Source: an uncultured Gemmatimonadales bacterium
GTDB lineage: Bacteria > Gemmatimonadota > Gemmatimonadetes > Gemmatimonadales > GWC2-71-9
Assembly: GCA_963844035.1 (NCBI GenBank)
Contig: CAWJMT010000035.1
Coordinates: forward strand, 9,537-73,536
Direction of reading: 5' to 3'
Length of the DNA: 64,000 nt
Shown here: piece after piece, positions 1-7,803 of the stretch
How the letters are laid out: each line of letters starts with the position of its first letter
Numbering within the stretch: position 1 is the stretch's first letter
Made by a program: the position numbers and the translations under genes
The notes under the pieces: generated by a model
Database searches by the model: none
Told to the model about the DNA's origin: nothing
The model's input: the letters and a program-made list of their open reading frames with translations, nothing else

Positions 1-118
1 CGGCGCGGTCGCCGCGAGGTAGAATTGCGTTTGTGCGCCCGTGTTCATCTGTGTGGAGCTCGATCACCGGGGCGCCCGGCGGGGCGGGGCGCCGCAGCTT
101 ACGCGCATTCCGTTAGGC
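1..118 (+). repeat. attC-like site, 141-bp family, left ~22 nt cut by the window edge
   Basis: Aligns base-for-base with the 5163-5304 copy from CGGCGCGG..GAGGTAGAATTGCGTTTGTGCGCC to ..GCGCCGCAGCTTACGCGCATTCCGTTAGGC. The R' core GTTAGGC is at 112-118. Confidence 0.8.
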
Positions 119-138
119 AGCACAGGCCGGAGGTCCAT

Positions 139-726
139 ATGCATCACGTCGCGTGGTCCCGGGCCATCCGCATAGCACTCGCGATCGGCGTGTCGTCAGC
201 GCTCCATGCCCAGACCGCTGCTCCGAGACGCGTGGCCATGCGCTTTCTCGTGGGTGCTGCAGTCCCGGTGGCACCCTCGCAGTTCCGCTCTGACTGGGCC
301 CCGGGCTTCAACGCGCTTGCGTCCATTGGGTATCTGGTGTCGTCGCGTGTCGAGCTCGCAGTGGCCGTAGAGTACGGGTCCTTTGGGCCAGGGCATGCCC
401 CCGCTGCACCAGCGCCACCTGCGGTGAAAACCACCCAATTCGCCACTCCGCTGTGGGGCGCCTGGCTCAACGGGGCCTTCACGGCGTCGTCGGCGCGTAC
501 GCGGCCACGCGTGCACCTTGGGGCGGGCGTCGTCGCTCATGGGGCGGCGCGCACCGCGCCCGCCGTCGAGATCGGAGTGGGTCTTGAGAGGTCGCTGGGC
601 GCGCGGATCGGCGCGTATCTCGACGCCACGCTTGTGTACGCATTCACCACGGATCCAACGGGCCAAGCGACGATTGCCGAGGCGTTGTCGTACGCGCCGA
701 TCCGTCTGGGGTTCGTGTGGCGGTGA
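139..726 (+). CDS. Cassette ORF: secreted, outer-membrane beta-barrel-like hypothetical protein
   Basis: There is an in-frame ATG at 139 within ORF 25..726; the upstream part of that ORF reads through the attC. Signal peptide MHHVAWSRAIRIALAIGVSSALHA/QT. The protein is Gly/Ala-rich and its C-terminus ..IRLGFVWR is OMP-like. It starts 21 nt after the R' core. Confidence 0.6.
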   Translation: MHHVAWSRAIRIALAIGVSSALHAQTAAPRRVAMRFLVGAAVPVAPSQFRSDWAPGFNALASIGYLVSSRVELAVAVEYGSFGPGHAPAAPAPPAVKTTQFATPLWGAWLNGAFTASSARTRPRVHLGAGVVAHGAARTAPAVEIGVGLERSLGARIGAYLDATLVYAFTTDPTGQATIAEALSYAPIRLGFVWR

Positions 727-735
727 CCTTGTGCT

Positions 736-838
736 GCCTAACACGCGCTTGAAGCTGCCGGCGCCGTCTTAACTGTGGAGGCCATCCGTTTGTGAACGTT
801 CAAGCATCGTGCGGCAGCTTAAGCGCAATCCGTTATGC
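736..838 (+). repeat. attC-like site, short (103-bp) second family
   Basis: GCCTAACACGCGCTTGAAGCTGCCGGCGCC...GGCAGCTTAAGCGCAATCCGTTATGC. The arms are complementary except for one extra G in the left arm (GCGCTT-G-AAGCTG vs GCGCTTAAGCTG). R' is GTTATGC, one mismatch to GTTRRRY. Confidence 0.7.
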
Positions 839-877
839 GACCTGGTGGCGGCCACTGCGGCATCGATTGGAGGTAAT

Positions 878-1453
878 ATGACAAAGGACATGTTCCGTGA
901 CCGTGAGCGTGGCGAGGAGGCGGCCTATTTCCGTCAGCAGGATGCCAAGCTGATCGCGAAGCTACGTCAGAAGGCCCAGTTGAGCGAGATTGCTCACGCG
1001 CTGGCGGAGAAACTTCACGCGGACGAACCGGCGCTTCTCGAGCGCATCCAGAAGCTCGGCGTCACCCTCGACACGGGTTCGGCGTTCATCCTGGCGCCGC
1101 TGGTCGAAGTCGCCTGGGTCGATGGCAACGTCAGCCATGCCGAGCGTGACACCATTCTGAAAATCGCGAGGCAACGCGGCGTGGCGCCGGGGTCTGCCGA
1201 TCATCGTCAGCTTCTCGATTGGCTAGCCCACCGCCCATCCGACGAAGTCTTCCGGACGGCGTTGGAAGCGATCCGAATCGGCCTCTCCGTCCTTCCGCCC
1301 GACGAATTGGAACAACGGATCGCGGTCATGATCAAGGCGTGCGACGAGGTGGCGCAAGCTGCGGGCGGGATAGCCCAACTGCTCCACCTGGACGGAGTCT
1401 CATACGCGGAGAGCGCGGTGATCGCCGCGATCCGCCGCCATCTGGCAAAGTAG
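878..1453 (+). CDS. TerB-like domain protein (hypothetical)
   Basis: ATG at 878 is preceded by GGAGG at 869-873. The segment APLVEVAWVDGNVSHAERDTILKIARQRGV resembles the TerB/DjlA-N type helical domain. Family assignment is by recollection only. Confidence 0.55.
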   Translation: MTKDMFRDRERGEEAAYFRQQDAKLIAKLRQKAQLSEIAHALAEKLHADEPALLERIQKLGVTLDTGSAFILAPLVEVAWVDGNVSHAERDTILKIARQRGVAPGSADHRQLLDWLAHRPSDEVFRTALEAIRIGLSVLPPDELEQRIAVMIKACDEVAQAAGGIAQLLHLDGVSYAESAVIAAIRRHLAK

Positions 1454-1535
1454 GAAAACGGGCATCAGGCTCGCAGGTCCGGCTGCAAAAGAGGTGTGAA
1501 AACAGACGGGCCGTCGACCATATCCAGGAGATCAC

Positions 1536-2090
1536 ATGAGGCTTGTACTCGTGTCCGTCGTGCTCTTCGGGGCGCTCTCTTGCTCGGATTCGTCCGGACC
1601 AGACATCCAGGGAAGCCTGTCGTTCACGTACACCGGCGCGGGAGGAGGAACGTTCAGCGCGTCGGGAGACGCGCCTTCCTTGACTGCGCCCCCGCCTGGA
1701 ACGAGTTGGGCGGTGGGGTATGTGCAGGCAAGCGAGACTCACGTCGCCGGTTCCACGCCGCGGTCAGGTGTTCTTGTAGACCTCGCGATTCTCCGGCTCG
1801 AGCGCACGACCCCAGGCTCCGCAAGCGTCGACCTTGCGTGCGACCTCGACGGCAGCGCCAGCTGCACCGGAATGGAACTCCTTCTGAACTTCAACGGCAA
1901 CGGCGACACGGGCGACTTCTTCTGCGGCTTGACGAGCGGAACGATCGTTCTCACGGAGGTAACCAGCAGCCGGGCCAAGGGCACGTTTTCGGGAAACGGC
2001 AATTGCATCGCCGGCACCGGAGGAACTTCCTCGGTGTTTTCGGTGAGCAATGGGGCGTTCGACGTCGCGTTGGTTGCGCCGCCCGGCTAG
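1536..2090 (+). CDS. Lipoprotein, hypothetical
   Basis: ORF 1536..2090. N-terminus MRLVLVSVVLFGALSC has a lipobox Cys. The mature part is Gly/Ser/Thr-rich. Confidence 0.65.
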   Translation: MRLVLVSVVLFGALSCSDSSGPDIQGSLSFTYTGAGGGTFSASGDAPSLTAPPPGTSWAVGYVQASETHVAGSTPRSGVLVDLAILRLERTTPGSASVDLACDLDGSASCTGMELLLNFNGNGDTGDFFCGLTSGTIVLTEVTSSRAKGTFSGNGNCIAGTGGTSSVFSVSNGAFDVALVAPPG

Positions 2091-2105
2091 ATCAAGACCG
2101 TGGCG

Positions 2106-2126
2106 GCCTAACCGGCGCTTGGAACG
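2106..2126 (+). repeat. Truncated attC left arm (short-family type)
   Basis: GCCTAACCGGCGCTTGGAAC resembles GCCTAACACGCGCTTGAAGC of the 736-838 site. It lies 16 nt after the lipoprotein stop. No right arm follows; the reverse-strand module begins at 2133. Confidence 0.45.
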
Positions 2127-2132
2127 GGCGGG

Positions 2133-2888
2133 CTAATGAGGTGGCGCGCGCCTCACCAGCGACTCAAGGGTCTCGAGCGCGGCGCCGGCCGCGGACAGGC
2201 GCTCCACTTCCGACGTGAGTTCCCGGCAACGTGCCTCGGCGCGCGCGCGACCAGATTGCGCCTCCTGCAGGCGCGTGTCCAGATCGGCCAGCTCTGCCTC
2301 CGCTTCTTGCAGCAGCGCCGCCCGGTCTTCGAGCCCGCGCAGTCCGGCGATCTCTTCGAGCACCTGGTCGCGTTCGGCGGCGAGCGCTTCTGCCTCGGCC
2401 ACCGCCTCATCGGCGATCCGCCGCCGCTCCTCGGCCTGGGCCTCGAACGAGCCCCTAGCCCGGCGTTCCTTCTTCAGCTCGGCCTCGCCCCGGGCGAGCG
2501 CGGCGCGGGCCTCGTCCAGCTCCCCGGCCAGCCGGGACCGTTCCTCGATCGCGGACTCGAGCTTGGCGCGCAACAAGTCGATCAACTCCCGCACGGCCGC
2601 CGCGGTCTGCTGAGGCTCGGCCTCGCCGGCGGACCCGCGCGCGGTCGCCGCCAGTCGCTCCCGCAGCGACGCGGTCCGCTCCCGACCGCTCTTCCCGCGC
2701 GCGACGCGCGGGCTCGGTTGCGGAGTTGCCGGCGGAGGCGTGACGTCGGGCGTCGGCGCGAGGACGACCGACTCGATACTGGTGGGCGGCGTCCCGTTTT
2801 CGGAGCCGGCCGTGAGCTCGGTGAGCACGCGGGAGATCGGCCGCGGCTTACGGGCTGGAACGTTGGCGTCGAAACCGCGTGTCGTCAC
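2133..2888 (-). CDS. Pro/Ala-rich N-terminus + C-terminal coiled-coil protein (PomX-like architecture)
   Basis: This is the frame of ORF 2133..3029. A GTG at 2888 overlaps the ParA stop as GTGA, indicating translational coupling. The N-terminus is ..PPTSIESVVLAPTPDVTPPPATPQPSP. The C-terminal ~150 aa are heptad-like and Glu/Ala/Arg/Leu-rich. Confidence 0.7.
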   Translation of the reverse strand: MTTRGFDANVPARKPRPISRVLTELTAGSENGTPPTSIESVVLAPTPDVTPPPATPQPSPRVARGKSGRERTASLRERLAATARGSAGEAEPQQTAAAVRELIDLLRAKLESAIEERSRLAGELDEARAALARGEAELKKERRARGSFEAQAEERRRIADEAVAEAEALAAERDQVLEEIAGLRGLEDRAALLQEAEAELADLDTRLQEAQSGRARAEARCRELTSEVERLSAAGAALETLESLVRRAPPH

Positions 2889-3850
2889 GCGCTCTTCTCC
2901 ATCGCGCGCTCGAGGCGCGCGCTGATCATCAGGCCGATGAGAGCGTCGATGTCCTTGGCGCCCTTGCACGATGGCGCGAAGGCATTGACGGGCAGGCCCT
3001 CGCTGGATGCCTGCGCGAACTGCGTGCATTGCCGCACGACCGCGTCCGACAGGAACTCGCGATAGTGCGTTTCCAGCGCCGCTTTTGCCTCGCGCGCGAT
3101 CCTGGTCGTGGGGTTGTATTGATTGATGACGATCAGGATCCGCTGCAGCCGGTGGTTCAGATCGTCCTCGAGTTGGCCCAGGGTCTCGAACAGCAATTTG
3201 AGACCGTGAAACGACAGGAAATCCGGGAGCACCGGGACGAGCAAGTCATCGGAGGCCATCAACGCATTGAGGTTCAGGAGCCCGAAGGAGGGCGGGGCAT
3301 CCATGACGATGAAATCGTAGCGATCAGACACTCGGGCGAGGGCCCGCTGGAGCTTGTACTCCCGCCCGGCCATCGGCATGAGACTGATGTCAATCGTCGT
3401 CATCCGCAGGTTGGCCGGGAGCACATCGAACTCCGCCAGCACTGTTCCCACGATCACGTCTTCGATCGGGACCCCGCCGACCATCACGTCGAAGACCGTG
3501 CGCTCGAAATTCTCGCCGGCGAGGCCCAGATGCCGGGTCGCGTGCCCCTGCGAATCGAGGTCGATCAAGAGCACCCGGTGGCCCATTTCTGCGAGCCGGT
3601 AGGCGTAGGCCACGGAAAGGCTGGTCTTGCCGGTGCCACCCTTGAAGTTCAGGAAGAGCTGGCGGCGCAGCGGCTCCCGGCCAGGGTAGCAACCCAACAC
3701 TCTGCGGTACGCCGACAGGTGTCGCGGCTGGTAGGAGTCGGGTCCGCCGCCCAGCCGTTTCAGCTCGGCCAGTTTGTCGGCGTCGGTGAGCAGCGTGTCG
3801 GTGAGCCCCAGGAGCTTGGCAAAGTGCCTGCGCTGGTAGTGGATCTCCAC
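2885..3850 (-). CDS. ParA/MinD-family P-loop ATPase with a ~65-aa N-terminal extension (PomZ-like position)
   Basis: Deviant Walker A FKGGTGKTS, then LLIDLDSQGHAT and a Walker B-like FIVMDAPPS. The GTG start overlaps the upstream gene's stop by 1 nt. Confidence 0.9.
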   Translation of the reverse strand: MEIHYQRRHFAKLLGLTDTLLTDADKLAELKRLGGGPDSYQPRHLSAYRRVLGCYPGREPLRRQLFLNFKGGTGKTSLSVAYAYRLAEMGHRVLLIDLDSQGHATRHLGLAGENFERTVFDVMVGGVPIEDVIVGTVLAEFDVLPANLRMTTIDISLMPMAGREYKLQRALARVSDRYDFIVMDAPPSFGLLNLNALMASDDLLVPVLPDFLSFHGLKLLFETLGQLEDDLNHRLQRILIVINQYNPTTRIAREAKAALETHYREFLSDAVVRQCTQFAQASSEGLPVNAFAPSCKGAKDIDALIGLMISARLERAMEKSA

Positions 3851-4977
3851 TAGGACGCTCGCTGCACGATGCCGGTCTCCGAGCGCCCGGGGTCTTGGGC
3901 GCGAAGGATCTGAAGGACGATGCGCCGCACCTGGGGGTCGGGATCACCGGTGAGCGGCTCGAGGAGCGGGCGCAGGGCCACCCCTCGCGCCGCGGCCGCG
4001 GCGAGCACCGCGCGGCGGCGAACGTGGGGGTTGGCGTCGGCGATCCCCCACCGGATGTGGGGCTCGAGCCGCACCGGGTCCCGTTGCAGCAGCCGGCCGA
4101 GCGCGTGGTACGCCGCGGCGCGCACGATCGGATCTTCTGCGGTGGCCCAAGGGCGAACGGCGTAGAACGCGTCGTCCCCGCCACGGCGGCCGAGACGGAG
4201 GAGCAGATCCACCTGGTCCTGTGGGCGCTCCGCCGCCGCCAGTGCCGCGACCAACCCGTCCGCAGGGGGACGCTCCGGCGTCACCGCGGCGGCAGCCGGC
4301 TCAGTGAGCTCCAGCATCTGTGGTGGGGTCGTCGCCTGGTCGAGCTGCTCGCGCAGGGCGGCCTCGCGGCGCTCTCCCAAGGCGTTGTCCCGTTCGAGGT
4401 CGAGGAGGGCGCGGCGCAGACTGCCGATGAACTCGGCAAGATCTACGGCTTCGGTGTCGCCGTGGCGCACGGAGCGTTGCCACTCGACCACCCGCGTGAG
4501 CAGGGTCTCGCGGGATGCCACCAGCTCGTCCACGCGCGCTCGCAGCTGCGAGGTCGTCTGTTCGCTGCCCGCGATACGCTCCCGGGCGGCAGCCGCTTCC
4601 CGCCGCAGGCGCACCAGCTCCTGCGCGTCGTCGCGCGCCTCTGACTCGAAGACATGTCCCTGCAGGTTGGCGCGCAGCGCCTCGGAGTGTTCCAGTCGCC
4701 GGTGTAGGGCGGCGACCTCCTCACGGGCCTGGGCGACCTCGCCCTGGAGCCGGCTGAGACGCTGAGTTTCGCCGACCTCACGCGCGGCGGCCTCGGCGAG
4801 GCGAACGCGGGCCAAGTCCGCCTCGGCGCGCGCCTCGTCGAGCGCGCCGCGCAATTGCTCCAGCCGGCACTCGAGCAGTACGGTCCGGTCCGAGCCGGCG
4901 GGCGGAGCCGAGCCCGCCGAGAGGCTGCCTCGACGCGGAGCCGTTACGCCTTCTCGCAGGGCAAGACCATGTATCAT
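3850..4977 (-). CDS. N-terminal coiled-coil + C-terminal HEAT-repeat protein (PomY-like architecture)
   Basis: ORF 3850..4977. Residues ~35-215 are coiled-coil-like. The C-terminus has repeated DP.VR..A units (DPIVRAAAYHALGRL, ANPHVRRRAVLAAA, DPDPQVRRIVLQIL) typical of HEAT/PBS-lyase repeats. Confidence 0.8.
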   Translation of the reverse strand: MIHGLALREGVTAPRRGSLSAGSAPPAGSDRTVLLECRLEQLRGALDEARAEADLARVRLAEAAAREVGETQRLSRLQGEVAQAREEVAALHRRLEHSEALRANLQGHVFESEARDDAQELVRLRREAAAARERIAGSEQTTSQLRARVDELVASRETLLTRVVEWQRSVRHGDTEAVDLAEFIGSLRRALLDLERDNALGERREAALREQLDQATTPPQMLELTEPAAAAVTPERPPADGLVAALAAAERPQDQVDLLLRLGRRGGDDAFYAVRPWATAEDPIVRAAAYHALGRLLQRDPVRLEPHIRWGIADANPHVRRRAVLAAAAARGVALRPLLEPLTGDPDPQVRRIVLQILRAQDPGRSETGIVQRAS

Positions 4978-5162
4978 CAGTATAGCAAAACGCGTCAGTC
5001 CGCGAAACCCATGAGGTCAAGTCAAGTCCCCTGAACCGGGCCCACCGGCCAGGTTTGGATTACTTGGTGCGGTGATCGCGCCAGCCGTCATATTCGGGGT
5101 GGCGACCCTTTGGCCCGTGGTTCTCGGCGGGCACGCTCGTTGACTCCTCCGGCGGTGGGGGA

Positions 5163-5304
5163 GCCTAACAAGCGCGTGAAGCTGTCGGCGCGGTCGCTTC
5201 GAGGTAGAATTGCAGTTGTGCGCCAGCGTATCATCTGTGAGCGGCTTGATCACCGGGGCGCCCGGCTGGACGGGGCGCCGCAGCTTACGCGCATTCCGTT
5301 AGGC
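5163..5304 (+). repeat. attC-like site, 141-bp family, complete
   Basis: GCCTAACAAGCGCGTGAAGCTG...CAGCTTACGCGCATTCCGTTAGGC. The R''/R' cores are exact complements. The left arm GCGCGT-G-AAGCTG carries one unpaired G relative to the right arm. Confidence 0.85.
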
Positions 5305-5472
5305 AGCACACTCCAATCCTTGATGTTTACTTGACGGTGTCATGCAATGCTTCCGGGCACCTCGTTCGGAGCATTGCCCATGACTGCGAAGCGCGCTGTT
5401 CTCCCGCTTGGTTTAACTCGGCGGGCGGGTTGTCCGCGGCTCATGCGCGATCCGTTAGGCAGCGGCCATACC

Positions 5473-5835
5473 ATGCGATCTCTAACCTTACTCGTGGCCA
5501 GTCTCGCCCTGCTTGCCCCGGTCTCTGCGTGCGGCGCCGGCTGGCAGCGACTACCGGCCGTCACACCCGGGGCTTTCGAGCCCCGTCAGCAGGTGCAGAT
5601 TTGGCATGCCGGGACCGTCTCCCGCTGGCATGCTGTGGTGATCGGCCCCGACTCAATTTCCGGAATTCCTTACTATAAGGTGGTGGACTGCGATAGCTGC
5701 CGCACTCGCGTACCTCGCAGCGTCGTGGACTCCATTCGCGTCGGGGATCCCGTCGCAGGGTTCTGGAAATCTGTCGGACTCACTCTTGGGCTCATGTTCG
5801 CCTTCTGTTACGCGACGTGCCCCAGGGGGGATTGA
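5473..5835 (+). CDS. Cassette ORF: small lipoprotein, hypothetical
   Basis: In-frame ATG at 5473 within ORF 5347..5835. N-terminus MRSLTLLVASLALLAPVSAC has a lipobox. The stop is 8 nt before the next attC. Confidence 0.6.
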   Translation: MRSLTLLVASLALLAPVSACGAGWQRLPAVTPGAFEPRQQVQIWHAGTVSRWHAVVIGPDSISGIPYYKVVDCDSCRTRVPRSVVDSIRVGDPVAGFWKSVGLTLGLMFAFCYATCPRGD

Positions 5836-5842
5836 GGGCGCT

Positions 5843-5983
5843 GCCTAACAAGCGCGTGAAGCTAGCGGCGCGGCCTCTTCGAGGTAGAATTGCGTTTGTG
5901 CGCCAGTCTTTGTCTGTGTGGGACTTGATCACTCGGGCGCCCGGCGGGGCGCGGCGCCGCAGCTTACGCGCATTCCGCTAGAC
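5843..5983 (+). repeat. attC-like site, 141-bp family, with a mutated R' core
   Basis: Full-length copy, but the right core reads GCTAGAC (5977-5983) instead of GTTAGGC, so the G/TT crossover triplet is altered. Confidence 0.8.
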
Positions 5984-6003
5984 GGCGGCAAAGGGCGAGA
6001 CCT

Positions 6004-6735
6004 GTGTCGAACGAGTTCGCGAACGTCTATCAGGATCAAGCTCGGGCCGACGCCTATGCGCAGCTCGAGTTTCCGGGTACCTACTTCCTAGCCTTTCGGG
6101 ATCTGCCGACGCTGTTCCACGAGCACGTCCGTGGCCGGCTGGCACTCGACTTTGGCTGCGGGACGGGGCGTTCGACGCGCTTCCTCCGGGGTCTCGGCTT
6201 CAGCCCTATCGGCGTGGACATTGCCGATTCAATGCTCGCTCGGGCGCGCGAGCTTGATCCGCGGGGTGAATACCGGCTGGTTGGGGATGGAGACTTGAGC
6301 GGACTGCCCGAGGCGACGTATGACCTCATTCTGTCAGCGTTCACGTTCGACAACATCCCGACGCTGGATCGGAAGGCAGCGTTGCTCGGAGCACTGCGGC
6401 TTCGCCTTAAGCCCTCGGGACGTCTGGTCAACCTCGTTTCAACACCCGACATCTACGTCCATGAGTGGGCCTCATTCTCCACGCGCGATTTCCCAGAGAA
6501 CCGCTTGGCTAAGAGCGGGGGTCGCGTTCGCATAGTGATGTTGGATGTGGGTGATCGTCGGCCCGTCGAGGACATCGTTTGTTCAGACGAGGACTACGTG
6601 CGTCTGTATGCCGCCGCCGGGCTGGAGGTGGTCGCTAGGCACGACCCGCTGGGACAACCCACCGATGGCATCGCCTGGGTCAGTGAGACAACGGTAGCGC
6701 CGTGGGCAATCTACGTCCTCGCGCGCGGTGCGTAA
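6004..6735 (+). CDS. Cassette ORF: class I SAM-dependent methyltransferase
   Basis: GTG start 21 nt after the attC. Motif I LDFGCGTGRSTRFL. Overall Methyltransf_11/25-like layout. Confidence 0.85.
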   Translation: MSNEFANVYQDQARADAYAQLEFPGTYFLAFRDLPTLFHEHVRGRLALDFGCGTGRSTRFLRGLGFSPIGVDIADSMLARARELDPRGEYRLVGDGDLSGLPEATYDLILSAFTFDNIPTLDRKAALLGALRLRLKPSGRLVNLVSTPDIYVHEWASFSTRDFPENRLAKSGGRVRIVMLDVGDRRPVEDIVCSDEDYVRLYAAAGLEVVARHDPLGQPTDGIAWVSETTVAPWAIYVLARGA

Positions 6736-6745
6736 CACGCGCTTG
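6730..6745 (+). repeat. Remnant of a short-family attC left arm
   Basis: GCGTAACACGCGCTTG matches GCCTAACACGCGCTTG (736-751) at 15 of 16 positions. It contains the methyltransferase stop (6733-6735) and is followed 5 nt later by a 141-bp-family attC. Confidence 0.5.
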
Positions 6746-6750
6746 CCGCC

Positions 6751-6891
6751 GTCTAACAAGCGCGTGAAGCTGGCGGCGCGTGCTCTTCGAGGTAGAATTG
6801 CGTTTGTGCCCCCGTCTCCATCTGTGGAGCGGTTGATCATCGGGGCGCCCGGCGGGGCGGGGCGCCGCAGCTTACGCGCAATCCGTTAGGT
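6751..6891 (+). repeat. attC-like site, 141-bp family, complete
   Basis: GTCTAACAAGCGCGTGAAGCTGGCGGCGCG...GCGCCGCAGCTTACGCGCAATCCGTTAGGT. Both cores fit RYYYAAC / GTTRRRY. Confidence 0.85.
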
Positions 6892-6911
6892 GCCTTTCCG
6901 AGGGTAACCCA

Positions 6912-7703
6912 TTGCAGGTAGCAAAGAAGCTCGTCCTCGTCACTGGCGCCTCATCTGGCATTGGAGCAGCCGTAGCTCACGGCATGGCCCGCCGTGGAGC
7001 GCGGCTCATTCTCGTGGCACGGGACCCTGCACGACTGTCGGCGGTTGCCAGAGAGCTCGCGTCCCTTCCGACCGAGGCCCACGTTTACGCTGCCGACCTC
7101 GCCGACCCGAAGGCTGTTGAAGCATTGGCCCACGACGTGAGCGCCCGGCACGGGACCCCCGATGTGTTGGTGAACAACGCGGGCGCTGGCCGCTGGCTCA
7201 CGATCGAGGAAACATCTGCAGAGGAGCTCGAGCAGATGATGGCGGTGCCGTACTTTGCAGCATTCAACCTCACGCGTGCCTTCCTGCCGGGCATGCGGCG
7301 CCGGGGAACTGGCCACATCGTCAACGTCACCTCTGTGGCCAGTCGACTCGTGTGGCCAGGGGCTGCCGCGTATACGGCCGCGCGTCGTGCCGTCGTGGCG
7401 TTCTCTGAATCACTGCGCACTGAACTTGCGGGGACTGCCTTGAGGGTCACCGTCACCACCTTTGGCACCGTGTCAACACCCTACTGGGCCCACAATCCTG
7501 GAAGCGAGGACCGCCTCCCCCTCGCCGATCGATCAATACCACGGCTGACGGCCGAGGCGGCCGCAGAGGCTCTTTGCCGCGGCGTGGAGCGCGAGAGAGC
7601 CGAAGTCATCTTGCCTCGGCGCTTTCGGCTGCTGTTCCTTCTCAATGCCGTGGCTCCTAAGAGCACGGCCCAGATACTTCGGCGGGGGTGGAAAGGCGCC
7701 TAA
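6912..7703 (+). CDS. Cassette ORF: short-chain dehydrogenase/reductase (SDR)
   Basis: TTG start 21 nt after the attC. Cofactor motif VTGASSGIGAAVA, NNAG, and YTAAR.A resembling the catalytic YxxxK region. The stop TAA lies inside the next GCCTAAC core. Confidence 0.9.
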   Translation: MQVAKKLVLVTGASSGIGAAVAHGMARRGARLILVARDPARLSAVARELASLPTEAHVYAADLADPKAVEALAHDVSARHGTPDVLVNNAGAGRWLTIEETSAEELEQMMAVPYFAAFNLTRAFLPGMRRRGTGHIVNVTSVASRLVWPGAAAYTAARRAVVAFSESLRTELAGTALRVTVTTFGTVSTPYWAHNPGSEDRLPLADRSIPRLTAEAAAEALCRGVERERAEVILPRRFRLLFLLNAVAPKSTAQILRRGWKGA

Positions 7704-7718
7704 CAAGCGCGTGAAGCC
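7698..7718 (+). repeat. Truncated attC (left arm only)
   Basis: GCCTAACAAGCGCGTGAAGC matches the family consensus, after which similarity is lost. No R' core follows before the next ORF. Confidence 0.6.
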
Positions 7719-7803
7719 TCCCTCAAGCCTCTTGGGCCTCTCTGCACTCCTGGGTCACCGAGCGTCGCGGTGAGGCGACGAACTCCGTGAAGAAACGAGG
7801 CCC

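Noticed and set aside
4978-5162. A sigma70 promoter for the reverse trio (TTGACC/TTGACT at 5015-5025 and TATACT at 4979-4984 on the minus strand), and a 24-codon minus-strand ORF (5060-5134).
   Set aside because: The hexamers are ~30 nt apart, which is far from the 17-nt optimum, and the -10-like box abuts the start codon. The mini-ORF is too short and has no support. The region probably does hold the module's promoter, but I cannot place it.
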